A DNA stretch of 64,000 nt from the human T2T-CHM13v2.0 reference genome, Homo sapiens. The notes below the pieces were generated by a model. That model was not told the origin of the DNA, did no database searches, and saw only the letters and a program-made list of their open reading frames with translations. Each line of letters begins with the position of its first letter. Position 1 is the stretch's first letter. Of this stretch, positions 11,891-26,092 are shown piece after piece. Where the stretch lies: the NCBI RefSeq assembly GCF_009914755.1, contig NC_060928.1. One strand, written 5' to 3'. A program made the position numbers and the translations under genes.

Positions 11891-12781
11891 TGGAGGGTGA
11901 TCAAATGGAGGAAGTGAGGGAGGCAGACTGCATCTGGGTCCAGAGCAATGGTGGAGGAGGGCATGTAGTACGTGTATGGCAGGAGGGCATACAGAGAGAT
12001 GGACAGATTGGCTAAAATCCCTAGTGGGAATTAGAGCAAGTCACCTACCTTTTTGTCCGTAAGTTCCTGGGATAAGTTTGCAGAGCAGCACCCCCAAGAC
12101 CTTGGCTGCTGAGATATTAGATAAATAATTCACGAGCTAATTGTCTCCGCCAGAATTCTGTGAGGCTGCTGATTGTATCTCTCCAAAGATGAAAGGGCAG
12201 ACTTGGCTGTTGTGTTAGGCAACTCATCCACACCGTGCAGAGCCTTCAAAAGCTCTGAGCTTCCTCAAGGCACTGCCATTGCCTCCCTGCTGGTCAGTAG
12301 CAGCCCCAGCTCTTCCCTGACCCCAGCTGTGTTAAGAGTCCTGTTAGGGAGGCAGGGGCTCCAAATTTGCTTTTTCTGTTTTCACAGCTCTCAGCCTTTC
12401 CTGGGCTTAAAATCTGGTTACTGAAACCAAGCCAGCTGTGGTTCGGGAGAGGCCAGTAGGTGATCATGCTTCTCCCTCCTCCTGGAACAGCACCCTCCAA
12501 AAGTGGAGGAATGCTGTCTACCTGGGATGGTTCCTTCAGGTGCCCTTTTCCAATGGGCTTTATTTCCTAATTCACACCTTTCCCAGTCCCTACCAGTTTT
12601 TCTCAATCTGCCTGCTTCCAGTAACTCTGAGAAGAGCAGATACAAGGCTCCAGTCCTCTTCTCTTTGCTCTGAGGGGCCCCTCCCCGTGGCTAATAAAAC
12701 GGACTTCCCTGCCCTCCTCATCACCAACCCCACACTGAGCCCTTCTGTTTCAGTTAGCCAGGACTGTCTCCTTCCCTACCT

Positions 12782-12820
12782 CCCCGGCTCTACTAAAAAT
12801 ACAAAATTTAGCCAAGTGTG
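12782..12820 (+). mobile_element. Isolated ~39-bp Alu linker fragment
   Basis: CCCCGGCTCTACTAAAAATACAAAATTTAGCCAAGTGTG with no other Alu sequence on either side. Confidence 0.8.
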
Positions 12821-13419
12821 ATTGTTTTTACATGTCAAAAGCCTCCCTTTGGAGGAAGTACATGTTGATTACTTACTGGCCTCCCTGAAGGCAGTTGGCT
12901 ACAGCTTAGCAAAAAGGAGCAGCACCTCACCCCACTTGTCTCAATGGGTGAGGATGGGTTTACCAGAAGTTGGAGTTGAGGAGGGGGGGGGGTTCTGTTA
13001 TTTCCAAGAAGAGCAGAGCAACTTCTAGGCCAGTGTCTGTAGTACAGAGCACCAAGATATTTATTTGGGGACCAGAGACCTCCTGGAATTATTATGAATC
13101 ACTGGTGCTGCAGACACCCTCCTGATTGTTAACTGGGAAATAGACTTATTTTCATGCTGTCTTGCTTGGTCAGCTGATTATAATTGATTGTCCTCTGTAG
13201 ACAGGAAAGGTGGGGAAATCTCTTCTTCCCCATAGGAGATGTAGGGAGCCATCTGCCTATGCGAACTGTGCAGAAGACAGACCTAAGCCTTCTGTCACCA
13301 AAGAGAGTCCAGTCCCTGTATGCGCTGTCTTTTCAAGATTGAGCAGGCCACACCCTCACATCAGGGTTTCCCTCTATCAGTAGACCCAAAAGACCCTGTT
13401 TTTCCTGGGATATTAGAGT

Positions 13420-14100
<681 letters not shown>

Positions 14101-16027
14101 CTAATTACTTAACTAATAGCAGTCATATCTTTTTTAAGCAGGGGAGGAGTAATATTGGAATATAGCAATTTCCAGGACAACACTGGTTTTCAAGGGATAG
14201 GGCGTTTGGTTGTCACCCTTAGGGTACAAGTTGTCACACTGATTCAGATGGGGTTGAAGGGTAATGGTGGCTAAACAAACATTTAGAGGGTAGAGATAGG
14301 GATGCCATTAACAAATGTCCAGCAATGAATGGGATAAGCCCTGAACCAAATAATTGTTCCGTCTAAAAGGCCAGTCGTGGATTAGTGAGAAATAGTAGGC
14401 TGTGGCATCTAATCCTAAGTCTGAATCCTTGCTCTTAGTTTTAACTTTATTCCCGGTAGAGCATATTGAAATCAGCAGAGCTCCAAGAGACAGCTCTCAA
14501 CACAACACAACTCTCAACACCTTACTCATTTCAGTCTCACCCCACGTGCTTCATTCAGAAGTTAGGTAGTTGCTACTTCTGTAATACTTCAAGGAGGCCT
14601 ACCTCGTGCTGGATGCCCCTCACCAGTTACAACACACCTTCCTCAAAGCCTAGAGTGACATAATGGCTGCTTGGCTAGATGAAGAAAAGATCTTCTCTGA
14701 TCTGTCAGAATTCCTAAAGGCATTTAGAGACCCATTAAAAGGCCCTTTGCTGATGGGCAACCTGGGGAAAGCCACAGTTGCTTTCCTCCCACTGTGGAGT
14801 CCACCGGAAGCTGAACCAGAGCCCGAAATAAACTTTTCAGATGATGTTAGTGCTTAGCAAAGGCAAACAGAGAAGGACTTCTGCACCACAGGGGGGCAGC
14901 GGCAGGGGGTACCAGAGGTAGGTCTCCTTGCTGGTCAGCCCCCAAATCTTCTTAGTTCTGTAAAATATGCTGCTTGAAGAAAAGCCTTGTGTACAGCACT
15001 TAGCTTCATGCAGCCTCTGTGAATCACAGGTTACACAGAGCATTTCCCCACCCTTCTGGGAATGTGGAACCAACCCCTGTGTTGTTATTGTTGTTTTAAC
15101 CATTCTCAGGATCCTATCTTGCTCTTAAATCTTAAAATCAGGCAGATGAAGAGCTTTATCCTCATCAAATTGAAAATCCTTTCATCAGCTATTTACTAAT
15201 CACCGACGTACCCACGAAAGTGAGTACCCTCAAGGACGAGTCTAGACGTCTTAAATCCTTAAACCCTTTGGCTGTTACAAAACTCTTCAGGGAACCCTTT
15301 CTTGCTAAGAGTTAACTTATCAAGGTGTCGCTCACAAATTTTCCACTTTCTACTTTGTACTCACTGCCAAGTTCTCATTTCTTGAAGGAGCTAAATTAAA
15401 GCTCCAAAAAAGGTAAGCCACCTTTCAAACAAGCATCTCTTCCCTTCCTTACCCTAATTAGCCTTTTAAGCTCACTTCTGAAAGTTCTCAGGGAAGTGGA
15501 CATTTTGTCCAGAAGCCATAATATCATCTCAACCAGATTTCAAAATGGAGGGACAGCATCATGACAGCCCATGTGGCTTGGACAGATAATATTGTCCTTA
15601 GGGAATACACAGTTAGAGAGAGAGAGGTCAAAGCGAGAACTTCCAGGTAATGTCCTGGGCTTTGACTCAGCCACCTCCATAAATCAGACAACCCTAGAGT
15701 CCAGGCTGCCTCCAGGGATGTGTGAGCTGCAGGATAGTTAAACCTCTTCAGTTGTGCATGCATCCTCAGCCCACTCATAATCCTCATTCCTCACTAGTTT
15801 TCTATCGTTGTGGAGGCTAGTCTGTATCATGTCCTCACTAATGGAGAAATCACAGTACTAAGCCCCCTTTAGGCTACCTAGTCATGACTGCACTTTAAGG
15901 GCCAACCCTTAGCACTTACCAGTTTAGTAACAGTCATATGAAGCATTATTTTTATTCACCAGATATAAATAGTTCTCTTGTCAGTAAACCCACACAATTT
16001 CTCTTATTAAAAATATTGCAGAATTTA

Positions 16028-16275
16028 AAACAGAAAACCAGATATCACATATGCTCACTTATAAGTGAGAACTTAACACTGGGTATGCTTGGACATAGAG
16101 ATGGGAACCTTAGACACTGGGGAGGGAGGGAGTGGGGAGAAAAGGCTGAAAAACTTACTATTGGATATTGTGTTCACTATGTGGGTGACAGGATCAACAG
16201 AAGCCCAAACTTCAGCATCACACAATATACCCTGTAACAAACCTGTACATGTACCCCTGAATCTAAAATAATTTT
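16028..16275 (+). mobile_element. L1 3' end fragment (L1PB-like)
   Basis: CTCACTTATAAGTG ... TGTAACAAACCTGTACATGTACCCCTGAATCTAAAATAA; possible TSD tgcagaatt. Confidence 0.85.
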
Positions 16276-16562
16276 TTTAAACCTGCAGAATTCATGTAAC
16301 TTCAGACATAACCACCACCCCACCTCTGCACAGATTGAATAAGATCAAATACTTGATCTTAATGTCATCCACCATTTTATCTGCTACCTCTGAGGGAGCT
16401 GTGACTGTTCCAGTTATAGAGATGACAAAAAAATACAATGAAATAAGGCAGTGTATTACTGGCCTATGTGACTCATATAGAGCAGAAAGAAAGCATTTAA
16501 CAACAACAAAAAAAGAAAGCAAAGCAGGTGTTCTGATCATTCTTTCTACTTTTCTGTTAAAT

Positions 16563-16780
16563 CAAGGGTTCTCAGCTCTGTTTGGACATTAGAATCACCT
16601 GAGTGATTAGAATGTTACACATTAGAATCACCTGAGTGAGTGGCATGTGTTTAAAAATAATGATGCCTGGGCCCCACCTAGACCAATAAATAGAGTCTCC
16701 TAGAGATGGGGCTTAGAATATGAGTGTCTTTTAAAAGGACCCCAATGAAATTCTATTTACAGGCTGAGTTGTAATTACAT
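16563..16780 (+). mobile_element. MER5-family (MER5B-like) element with internal duplication
   Basis: GGTTCTCA ... CATTAGAATCACCTG ... GATGCCTGGGCCCCACC. Confidence 0.7.
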
Positions 16781-17206
16781 GTATATGGTACTTGTCATGT
16801 TAGAATTGCTTCCTTCCCTCTTTTCCTCCCTGCCTTCCTTTCTCCCTTCAACAAACACTTACTGAGTAGCTGCTACAAGAGAATACTTACATTTTGGAAG
16901 TGGGAGACATGTAGACAGACATGTGCACATGTGTTTCAGTAGCCAGGTACACATAATTTGGTACACACATAATTCACACACATGTTTGGTAGCAACATGG
17001 CAGAGGACAGGGGGAGCCCAAAGCATGCATGGCAGATTCCACCTAAGAGAGTGGTGGGAGTTAGTTGGGAAACAATTCTCAGAGGTGATGCTTTAGCAAT
17101 GGTGTTATTTCATTTCCTCTTTATTTCAACCTCTTTCAGTATTGTGAGACCAACCAAAATAGGATGCACCCATTGTCTTGGTTTGGGTTCTCCCTGAGAG
17201 CAGAGG

Positions 17207-17617
17207 CATATTAGCTTGCTAGGGCTACCATTAAAAAGTTACACAGAATATGCAGTTTAAACAACAGAAATCTATTGCCAGTTCTGGAGGCTGCAAGTTT
17301 GAGATCAAGGTGTTGGTAGGACTGGCTCCTTCTGAGGGCTGTGAAGGAAGGACCCGCCCCAGGCCTCTCTCCTTGGCTTGGAGATGGCCATCTTCTTGTT
17401 CATGTGGTGTTCTCCCTGTTGGGATATGTCTGTATCCAAATTTCCCTTTTTTATGACACCAGTCATATTCGATTAGAGCCCACCCCAATGACCTCATGTG
17501 ATCTAATTACATCTACAATTACACTATTTCCAGATAAGTTACATTCTGAAATACTGGGGCTTGGGACTTCAACATATGAATTTGTGGTGGGGAAAGGGTG
17601 CAATTCAACCCATCACA
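17207..17617 (-). mobile_element. MaLR solo LTR (MLT1B/C-like)
   Basis: AAACAACAGAAAT, GTTCTGGAGGCTG, GAGATCAAGGTGTTGG ... CAATTCAACCCATCACA; 5-bp TSD AGAGG (17202-17206 and 17618-17622). Confidence 0.88.
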
Positions 17618-18121
17618 AGAGGCTTTTCAAAAATCCTGAAGCAAGAAGGCTGGGAGTCTCCCACAGGATGAGCTTGAGATAGGACATGGACATGGGTAAC
17701 ATGCATAGAACTGCCCACAGCTGGGCTGCAAGTGGGAGGACTGAGGCATCATCTAACACGCTGTTAAGAAGGCAATTTCTTCAGAGATGCTTTATTTCCA
17801 CACCATTTCCCTGACCTGGACTGTGCTTTCTTTAGCGTGCTGGCCCTCCAGGGGAATTGGAAAGACTGACAGGGTTAATGTGGGTCTCCATAATACTGCC
17901 AGATACATAGTTTAGCCAGCAGGTTAGTGATTGAAAACACCTTCAATGGGATTAAAACCCTTCAAGATATTTCAAATAGCAACTACCTGCTGTGACAGCG
18001 GTAGGGACAATATGTTATTAGAAACACCACCTTGCTGGCAAATGAGCAGATGAAGTCTTCCAAAACCCAATTAGCAAAGGCTAAAATTTTAAAAATAAAA
18101 AGTGGATGATGATTGAAAATA

Positions 18122-18453
18122 TAGTCATGTATTGCGTAACAATTCTGAGAAATGCATTGTCAGGCGGTTTCATTATTTTGTGAACATCACAGAGTGTGCT
18201 TACACAAACCTAGATGGCATAGCCTGCTACACACCTGGGCTATATGCATATAGCCTGTTACTCTTAGGCAACAAACCTGTGCAACATGTTACTGTACTGA
18301 ATACTGTAGACAATTGTAACATGATAGTAAGTATTTGTGTATCTGCACATATCTACACATAGAAAAAGTATAGTATTATAATTTTATGGGATCACCATTA
18401 TATGCAGTCTGTAGTTGACCAAAACTGAAATGTCATTATGTGACGCATGACTG
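18122..18453 (+). mobile_element. Tigger3a-like (TcMar-Tigger) non-autonomous element
   Basis: TIRs (C/T)AGTCATG ... CATGACTG followed by TA; internal TTCTGAGAAATGCATTGT and TTACACAAACCTAGATGG. Confidence 0.85.
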
Positions 18454-18929
18454 TATGTGCTCAATAGAACCTCTTAGGTATAGATTATAGTGGATAATCT
18501 AAATTAATTCACCAAATATGGTTTGAGCATCTACTGTGTTCCAGGGATTATTCTAGGTGCACATCAGTGAAGAAACAAGAAAAAATCCTTGTCCTCTTAA
18601 AACTCAGGTTCTAGATGCAACTTGTTGCCCCTGCACATATTTATGGGTGTCATTTAAATGATAATATTAAAACCCATCAAAATCAATATTTCAGACAAGA
18701 AAGAGGATATAGCCAATAAAGCATTTTAGAAGGAACTACTCAAAAATATTGTGTTGTTTTTTCAGTGGTAAGTCTATGAATGATTTTTCTTTCCTACTTG
18801 TCTAGATTTTTCACATTCTCTTTAATAGGCATATATTACTTTCATATTGAAAAAACTTTAAAGAAGAGTGAAATCCAAGAGGTTTCTTGTCTAGATAAGT
18901 TTTACAAAAAGTGCTCCTAGCAGGCATAA

Positions 18930-19165
18930 ACTTTGAAATTAGACCGCCTCGGGTTTCAATTTCATCACTGCCCCCTTATTAGCTATGTGACATTGGGTAC
19001 ATCACATAACTTTTTAATTACATAAATTATAGTGTCATGATCTACAAAATGGGGGTAACATGCTAACCTCAACCTTCCAGAGTTGTTAAAAGATAAAATT
19101 CAACATAAATAAGCAGTCTTTAAACTGTGTTCCATCCATAGTAGGTGCTCAATATTTGCTAGATT
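18930..19165 (+). mobile_element. MIR
   Basis: ttattagctatgtgacattggg ... atctacaaaatggggg ... catagtaggtgctcaata. Confidence 0.65.
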
Positions 19166-19209
19166 GAATTGGGAAAGTCGCACTAAGATCAAGCCCAGCT
19201 CTCTCGTGC

Positions 19210-20050
<841 letters not shown>

Positions 20051-21591
20051 TCAATCTCAAGAGGAAGGCAAAATCTATCACCTTTCTTAATCAGTCTTAG
20101 ACTTCCATAAAGGGAACAGTGAATTAGGTGACCAGTTGATGGTGAGAATCCAGATGAGATTTTCCTGTGAGCTGTGAGAGTGGATTCACAGCAGGGGGAA
20201 GAGATTTAAATTTCTCAGTGCAGCAAGTCTGAAGTTGTTAAATTTTTAAAGAATGGTATGGATTTCTGTCCAGAGCCAAAAGACAAAGCTATAAGACAGG
20301 GTGCAACATTTCTTGCCTGTCAAGAACTGATGTAGCAAGCACAGAAACATAAAATGCCTCATCAAAAAATTAATGCCCCCATATTCGGGAGGCTCTTGTA
20401 TCTGGGTGACAAATTTCAGATGATAAGGAGAGATGCAAATGTAAACCATGTGTGTTGATTTTTTTTAACTTCTTAAAGATAAAGCAGTGATACTGATGTC
20501 ACCCTTAAATATATGAGTCAATGTAGAATCTTTATTTTCTTTGTAGGTTAACAATGACAAATCACCAAACCCAGAAAACAGCAAATCAATTTCAGGGCCA
20601 AACTAAAGGACTAGATTAAATGGATTAATACCTCAAAACCCAGAATCAGAAAGAGAGAATTTGTGCTGGAGGATTAAAAGATGTCATTTTCGTTTCAGTC
20701 TTGATTGGCACCTGGGTATGAGCCCTAGCAGCCCTAAGACAGAAGCAACAATTTCAAGTTGTTTTGCTAAATGTTGTGAGGCATTTAAAGCAGAGATATT
20801 GCACATTTGTGGGATAGTTTACCATTGTTTAAAATTTCTTTCAAATTTTTTGTTTTAAAAATGACTGGAATGAAATAAATAGAGAAAAATTAATAGAGAA
20901 AAAATGATTTTTTCTCTATTATGTTATTAAAGGATATTGTTTTTCCAGGTCATTTTTGATTTGGTGTGGAATAATTGCTCATGCCCCAGAGTCAGGCGGT
21001 AAGTTTTGTTACTGCCTGACTGGCTAAAGTGGGATGGGAGAAGCTAGAATCGTAGACCTGAGAGTTAAAAAGAACCTTGAAGAATATTCAATAAAATTAT
21101 GGCAGCCAGGGATGGCTCACCAATCACAGAAACAAGGCTGTGTGTAGCCAAGCCCTGTAACGTTAGTTTAAAAGCTAAACCATTATGCAATATTTAAAAT
21201 GAGGGTAGGTCTTCAGAAAGGACTGTGAAGCTTGGGGGAACACAAAACTGAACAGAGAGGGGCTTGGAGAATAAGACAATGGCTCTACCTTTCACAAATT
21301 TTACCTACATACATAAAACCCAAGAAAAAGAAGAGTAACATTGATTGAACACCTGCTGTTGGCTTTGCGCATAGAAGCCACCATAATTAAGTTAACATGT
21401 GTTCCCACAGAATATATGCTGTTGTATCCACAAACAACTCTAACAACAAGATCCTCAAGTGGAGGAAATAAATGCTATAAGAAAAATACAAAGGACTCTC
21501 TATCTGGTGAGAGTATGACACTTCCCTAGCCTTAGATATATGGCTAGCATTTTAATATCCTGTCTCTGTTTCTCTTTTCCCCTTTTTCTAG

Positions 21592-21716
21592 GTATCCAGA
21601 TTAGTTCCTTTACTCAAGCTGATCTGACTTCACGAAATGTTCAGTATGTCCATTCTAGTGAGGCTGAGAAACATTCAGATGCCTTCAGCTTTACACTGTC
21701 TGATGGAGTCAGTGAG
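21592..21716 (+). CDS. FRAS1: FRAS1 exon (125 nt, phase 1->0)
   Basis: tttttctag|GT ... GAG|gtaggt; IQISSFTQADLTSRNVQYVHSSEAEKHSDAFSFTLSDGVSE. Confidence 0.95.
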
Positions 21717-22013
21717 GTAGGTGAGGCACTGAACTCCATCCTTGAAAAGTATTGATTCCTCGCCATCTTCTTTGAGTGGAGTAGGCAGAGTGACTGGTGA
21801 GAGAAGAGCTTCATTTTCCTCTGCTCTCAGTCAAGGGGTAGGGGCAGCCTCTGTAGCCACCTTGGCTCTTGCCCAAGAGGACTCACTCTGGGGCTCCTAA
21901 TTATTGACTTGTGCAAGCAATGTGTGAAAGAGAAAAGTAGAGAGCACCTACCTTGGACTTGTTGGGTAGGTGCTAGGGACAGGTGTCCCACCTGCACTTT
22001 CCTGCCATTCTAG

Positions 22014-22154
22014 GTGACTCAGACTTTCCATATCACTCTTCACCCTGTCGATGATTCGCTGCCCGTCGTACAGAACTTAGGAATGCGGGTGCAGGAGGGC
22101 ATGAGGAAGACCATCACAGAGTTTGAGCTTAAGGCGGTGGATGCTGACACAGAG
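22014..22154 (+). CDS. FRAS1: FRAS1 exon (141 nt, phase 0->0)
   Basis: cattctag|GTG ... GAG|gtaaga; VTQTFHITLHPVDDSLPVVQNLGMRVQEGMRKTITEFELKAVDADTE. Confidence 0.95.
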
Positions 22155-22754
22155 GTAAGAGCACTTCTTCCCATGGGTTCTCTGGCTAAATGAGAGGCTG
22201 ACCTGGTGGCAGCTATCACATTGCAGCTGTGCATCCTGATGGTAGGGAGGAGCTGTAAGGTGAGTGCAAGCATCCTTGAAGGATTAAAATACAGAAGATA
22301 CCAGGGCCTTCTGGAAAAGAAAAACAAATGTATTTGAGATCAAATTGTTTTTAAACCCTTTCTGAAAACCTAAATACATCCATCCTCTCCCTTGAGTACA
22401 TGTAACAATACTTTTAACATGCTGATTTTGTATTGATTTACAGAAAACCAGGTAGATGACATTTTACCCAATGTTATTATTTCCCATTAGCATGAACAGG
22501 GATTTTCTATACCTATATACCCTTTCTCCCTTTCACCTCCTTCATCCGGACTTCTCTGATGGCAACTAATTATTACAATTTGAGCCTCCTCAAAGACTAG
22601 GCTTCGTGCAGTAAAACAGGGCATGTGGAGACTAAGCTTTTATTCTCATGCTTCCAGATTAAAGCATCTCACATTCTGACATGACTTAGCTCACATAAAC
22701 TCATACTGCCACACTTATTAATTAGTTCTATGTATCCCCTTCTCTGTGCCAGCA

Positions 22755-23340
22755 CTCATTGATTGATTGATTCTTTCATCAAATATTAATTACCTATGAG
22801 GTTCTAGGCTCTGCTGTAGATGCCGAAGACAGGGCTGTAACAAAACAGATAAATTTGCAGGCTTAGAGAGTCTACTATCTTTGTTTGGGGGAAAGACTTA
22901 CTAGTAAAGAAAGAAGGAACATATTATATCAGATACAATAAGTGCTATGCAGAAAAATAAAGGGAGATGAGGGAGATAGAGATTGATAGATATGCTGCTT
23001 TAGAGTATCCAGAGAAGGCCTCTCTGAGGAGGTCATACTTTAGCAAAGACATTATTAAGCAAAAGGGCAAGCTATGCAGTTATCTGGGAGAATTCACCCT
23101 TCAGACAGGGGAGCCAGAAATACAAAGGCACTGTGATCAAGTGCACTTAGACTCTGGGAATAACTGTAGCAAAGGTGGCAAGAGGCCAAGAGGCTGGAAC
23201 CCATTGAACAGGCAGGAGAAAAGAATGAGACCAGAGAGGAACCCTGGGACTAGGTCACAGAGGGCCATGCTGGCCCTGGTTAGGCCTTGGCATTTTGTTT
23301 TAAGTTGGTGGGAAACCCTTGGAAAGCCTTGGGAAGGATT
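22755..23340 (-). mobile_element. L2 fragment
   Basis: (ATTG/ATTC)n tail followed by caaatatt, aacaaaacagataaa, ataagtgctatg and gagaaggcctctctgaggagg. Confidence 0.75.
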
Positions 23341-23778
23341 TTATGCCTCTTTTTCTTTCTGCGGGTCACCAGAGAAGCAGTAATTAAAAATGAGAAGCTA
23401 GCTTCTGTTGTGATGCATATGAAATTCTGTATATAAGAGTTTTGGGTAGATGTAGGGGAAGGAAATGAACAGTTTAAAAAGGTCTATTTTCTTTCATCTT
23501 GGTAGAGGTTAAAAATTCAGGCTTTCCCCCATGACCTGAAGAGAAGAAATTTAAATGTTTTAATCTTACAACTGAAGGTACCAGAATATAAGCGCAATTG
23601 TAGCAAACAGTATGGTCATTCTCTTTAGCTCTATCTTTGGTGTCTATAAAGAAAATACAGTCCTTACTTTATCAATGTCTTTGGGTTCTACTACACTTGA
23701 TCAGCAATTGGGCATCACTCACTCTTTTGGTTTCTGTTATGAGCTTCCCTCCCCTCTGGTATTTTGCCTTCCGGACAG

Positions 23779-24006
23779 GCCGAGTCTGTCACATTCACCA
23801 TCGTGCAGCCTCCACGCCATGGCACCATCGAGCGAACCAGCAATGGGCAGCATTTCCATCTCACCTCCACCTTCACCATGGAAGATATCTACCAGAACCG
23901 GGTCAGCTACAGCCATGACGGCAGTAACTCCCTCAAGGACCGGTTCACCTTCACTGTTTCTGATGGGACAAACCCCTTCTTTATCATTGAGGAAGGGGGA
24001 AAAGAG
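23779..24006 (+). CDS. FRAS1: FRAS1 exon (228 nt, phase 0->0)
   Basis: ggacag|GCC ... GAG|gtgagg; AESVTFTIVQPPRHGTIER...FTMEDIYQNRVSYSHDGSNSLKDRFTFTVSDGTNPFFIIEEGGKE. Confidence 0.95.
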
Positions 24007-24099
24007 GTGAGGGGTGAGGACACTGGAGGAGGTAGCCTAGCACTGCATGGCAGAGGCAGAACATGGAGTTTTACATCAAGCATACCATTGTTTGAGTTC

Positions 24100-24272
24100 T
24101 CGTTCTATCAGTAGCTAGTAGATTGACCTTGGGCAAATTACATTTCTAAGCCTCAGTTTTTCATCTGTAAAATGGACAGTAATTATCTGCTTCAAATAGT
24201 TGGTTTAAGGATCCAAGGAGGTAATCCACATAAAGTGCTTAACACCATTGACAAATAGTGCTCAATAAATGG
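24100..24272 (+). mobile_element. MIR
   Basis: Core TGACCTTGGGCAAATTAC ... AAGCCTCAGTTTTTCATCTGTAAAATGG. Confidence 0.8.
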
Positions 24273-24492
24273 TGATAGTTCTTGTTGTTAGTATTACTGT
24301 TATTTCTTTTTTCTTTTTGCCCATCCTTTACTCCTTAATTTTTCTTTCATCTGGTTTTTGAATAATATTGTATATCTCTAGATTGTTTTTCTCTTTTTGG
24401 ACTAGGTCCCCTCAGCCTAACCAGAGTTTCTCAGTCTTTGAGAAATAGCAGTGGATAAGAGTGTGGTTTTTGCATCCAAAATATATTGATTT

Positions 24493-25868
24493 TTTAAAAT
24501 AATTTTTTATTTTTAATTTTTTTGGGTACATAGTAGGTATATATATTTATGGGGTACATGAGATGTTTTGATATGGGCATACAATGTTTAACACTCATAT
24601 CATGGAAAATGGTGTATCCATCCCTTCAAACATTTATCCTTTGTGTTACAAACAATCCAGTTATTCTCTTTTAGTTATTTTAAAATGCACAATTAAATTA
24701 TTTTTGACATTAGTCATCTGTCATGCTAGCAAAAACTATGCCTTATTCATTCATTCTAACTTTTTTTTCTTACCCATTAACCATCTCTGCCCCCTTACTA
24801 CTCTTCCCAGCCTCTGGTAACCATTCTTCTCCTCTCTCTCTCCATGGGTTCAGTTGTTTTGATTTTTAGATCCCATATATAAGTGAGAACATGTGATGTT
24901 TGATTGTGCCTGGCTTATTTCACTTAAGGGAATGGCCTCCCGTTCTATACATGTTGTTGCAAATGACTGAATCTCATTCTTTTTTATGGCTGAATAGTAC
25001 TCCATTGTGTATATGTACCACATTTTCTTTATCCATTAATCTGTTGATGGACACTTAGGTTGCTTCCAAATCTTGGCTATTGTGAACAGTGCTGCAACAA
25101 ACATAGGAGTGCAGATATCTCTCTGATATACTGATTTCCTTTCTTTTGGGAATATACCCAGCAGTGGGATTGTTGGATTGTATGGTAGCTCTATTTTTAG
25201 TTTTTTGAGGAACCTCCAAACTGTTCTCTATAGTGGTTGTGCTAATTTACATTCCCACCAACAGTGTATGAGGGTTCCCTTTTCTCCACATTCTCATTAG
25301 CATTTTTTATTCCCTGTCTTTTAGATAAAAGCCATTTTAACTGGGGTGAGTTGACATCTCATTGTAGTTTTGATTTGCATTTCTCTGATGATCAGTGATA
25401 TTGAGCGTCTTTTCATATGTCTCTTTTCCATTTGTATGTCTTCTTTTGACAAATGTCTATTCAAATCTTTTGCCCAATTTAAAATTAGATTATTAGATTT
25501 TTTCCTGTAGAGTTGTTTAAGTTCCTAATATATTCTGCTTATTAATCCCTTGTAGATGAGTAGATGGCAGATATTTTCACCCATTCCTTGGGTGGTCCCT
25601 TCACTGTGTTGATTGTTTTCTTTGCTGTGCAGAAGCCTTTTAACTTGATGTGATCCCATTTGTCCATTTTCACTTTGGTTTCCTGTGCTTCTGGGATAAC
25701 ACTTAATAAATCTTTGCTCACACTGATGTCCTAGAGAGTTTTCTTAATGCTTTCTTGTAGTAGTTTCATAGTTTGAGGTCTTAGGTTTAATTCTTTGGTC
25801 GATTTTGATTTGATTTTTGTATGTGGTGAGAGAGAGGGGTCCAGGTTCATTCTTCTGCATGTGTATCC
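24493..25868 (-). mobile_element. L1MA-type 5'-truncated LINE inserted into a MIR
   Basis: L1MA 3' end (gggtacatagtaggtatatatatttatggggtacatgag) plus ORF2 3' sequence; TSD aaaatatattgattt (24478-24492) / aaaagatactgattt (25870-25884). MIR halves lie on either side. Confidence 0.9.
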
Positions 25869-26056
25869 TAAAAGATACTGATTTAATTTCCAGCCCTGTC
25901 ATGTACAAACTGAATATACTTGTAAATCATTTAAACTTTCCAAGCCTCGTTTTCCCTATCTGTAAAGTGGAAGTGATACATATTCTCCTGATGTACATAA
26001 AGCACTAAGCCCAGTGCCTGGCACACAGGGAACATCAGATAAACTGAAGCTGTAAA

Positions 26057-26092
<36 letters not shown>
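26057..26092. repeat. (CAT)12 microsatellite
   Basis: Perfect trinucleotide run. Confidence 0.95.
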
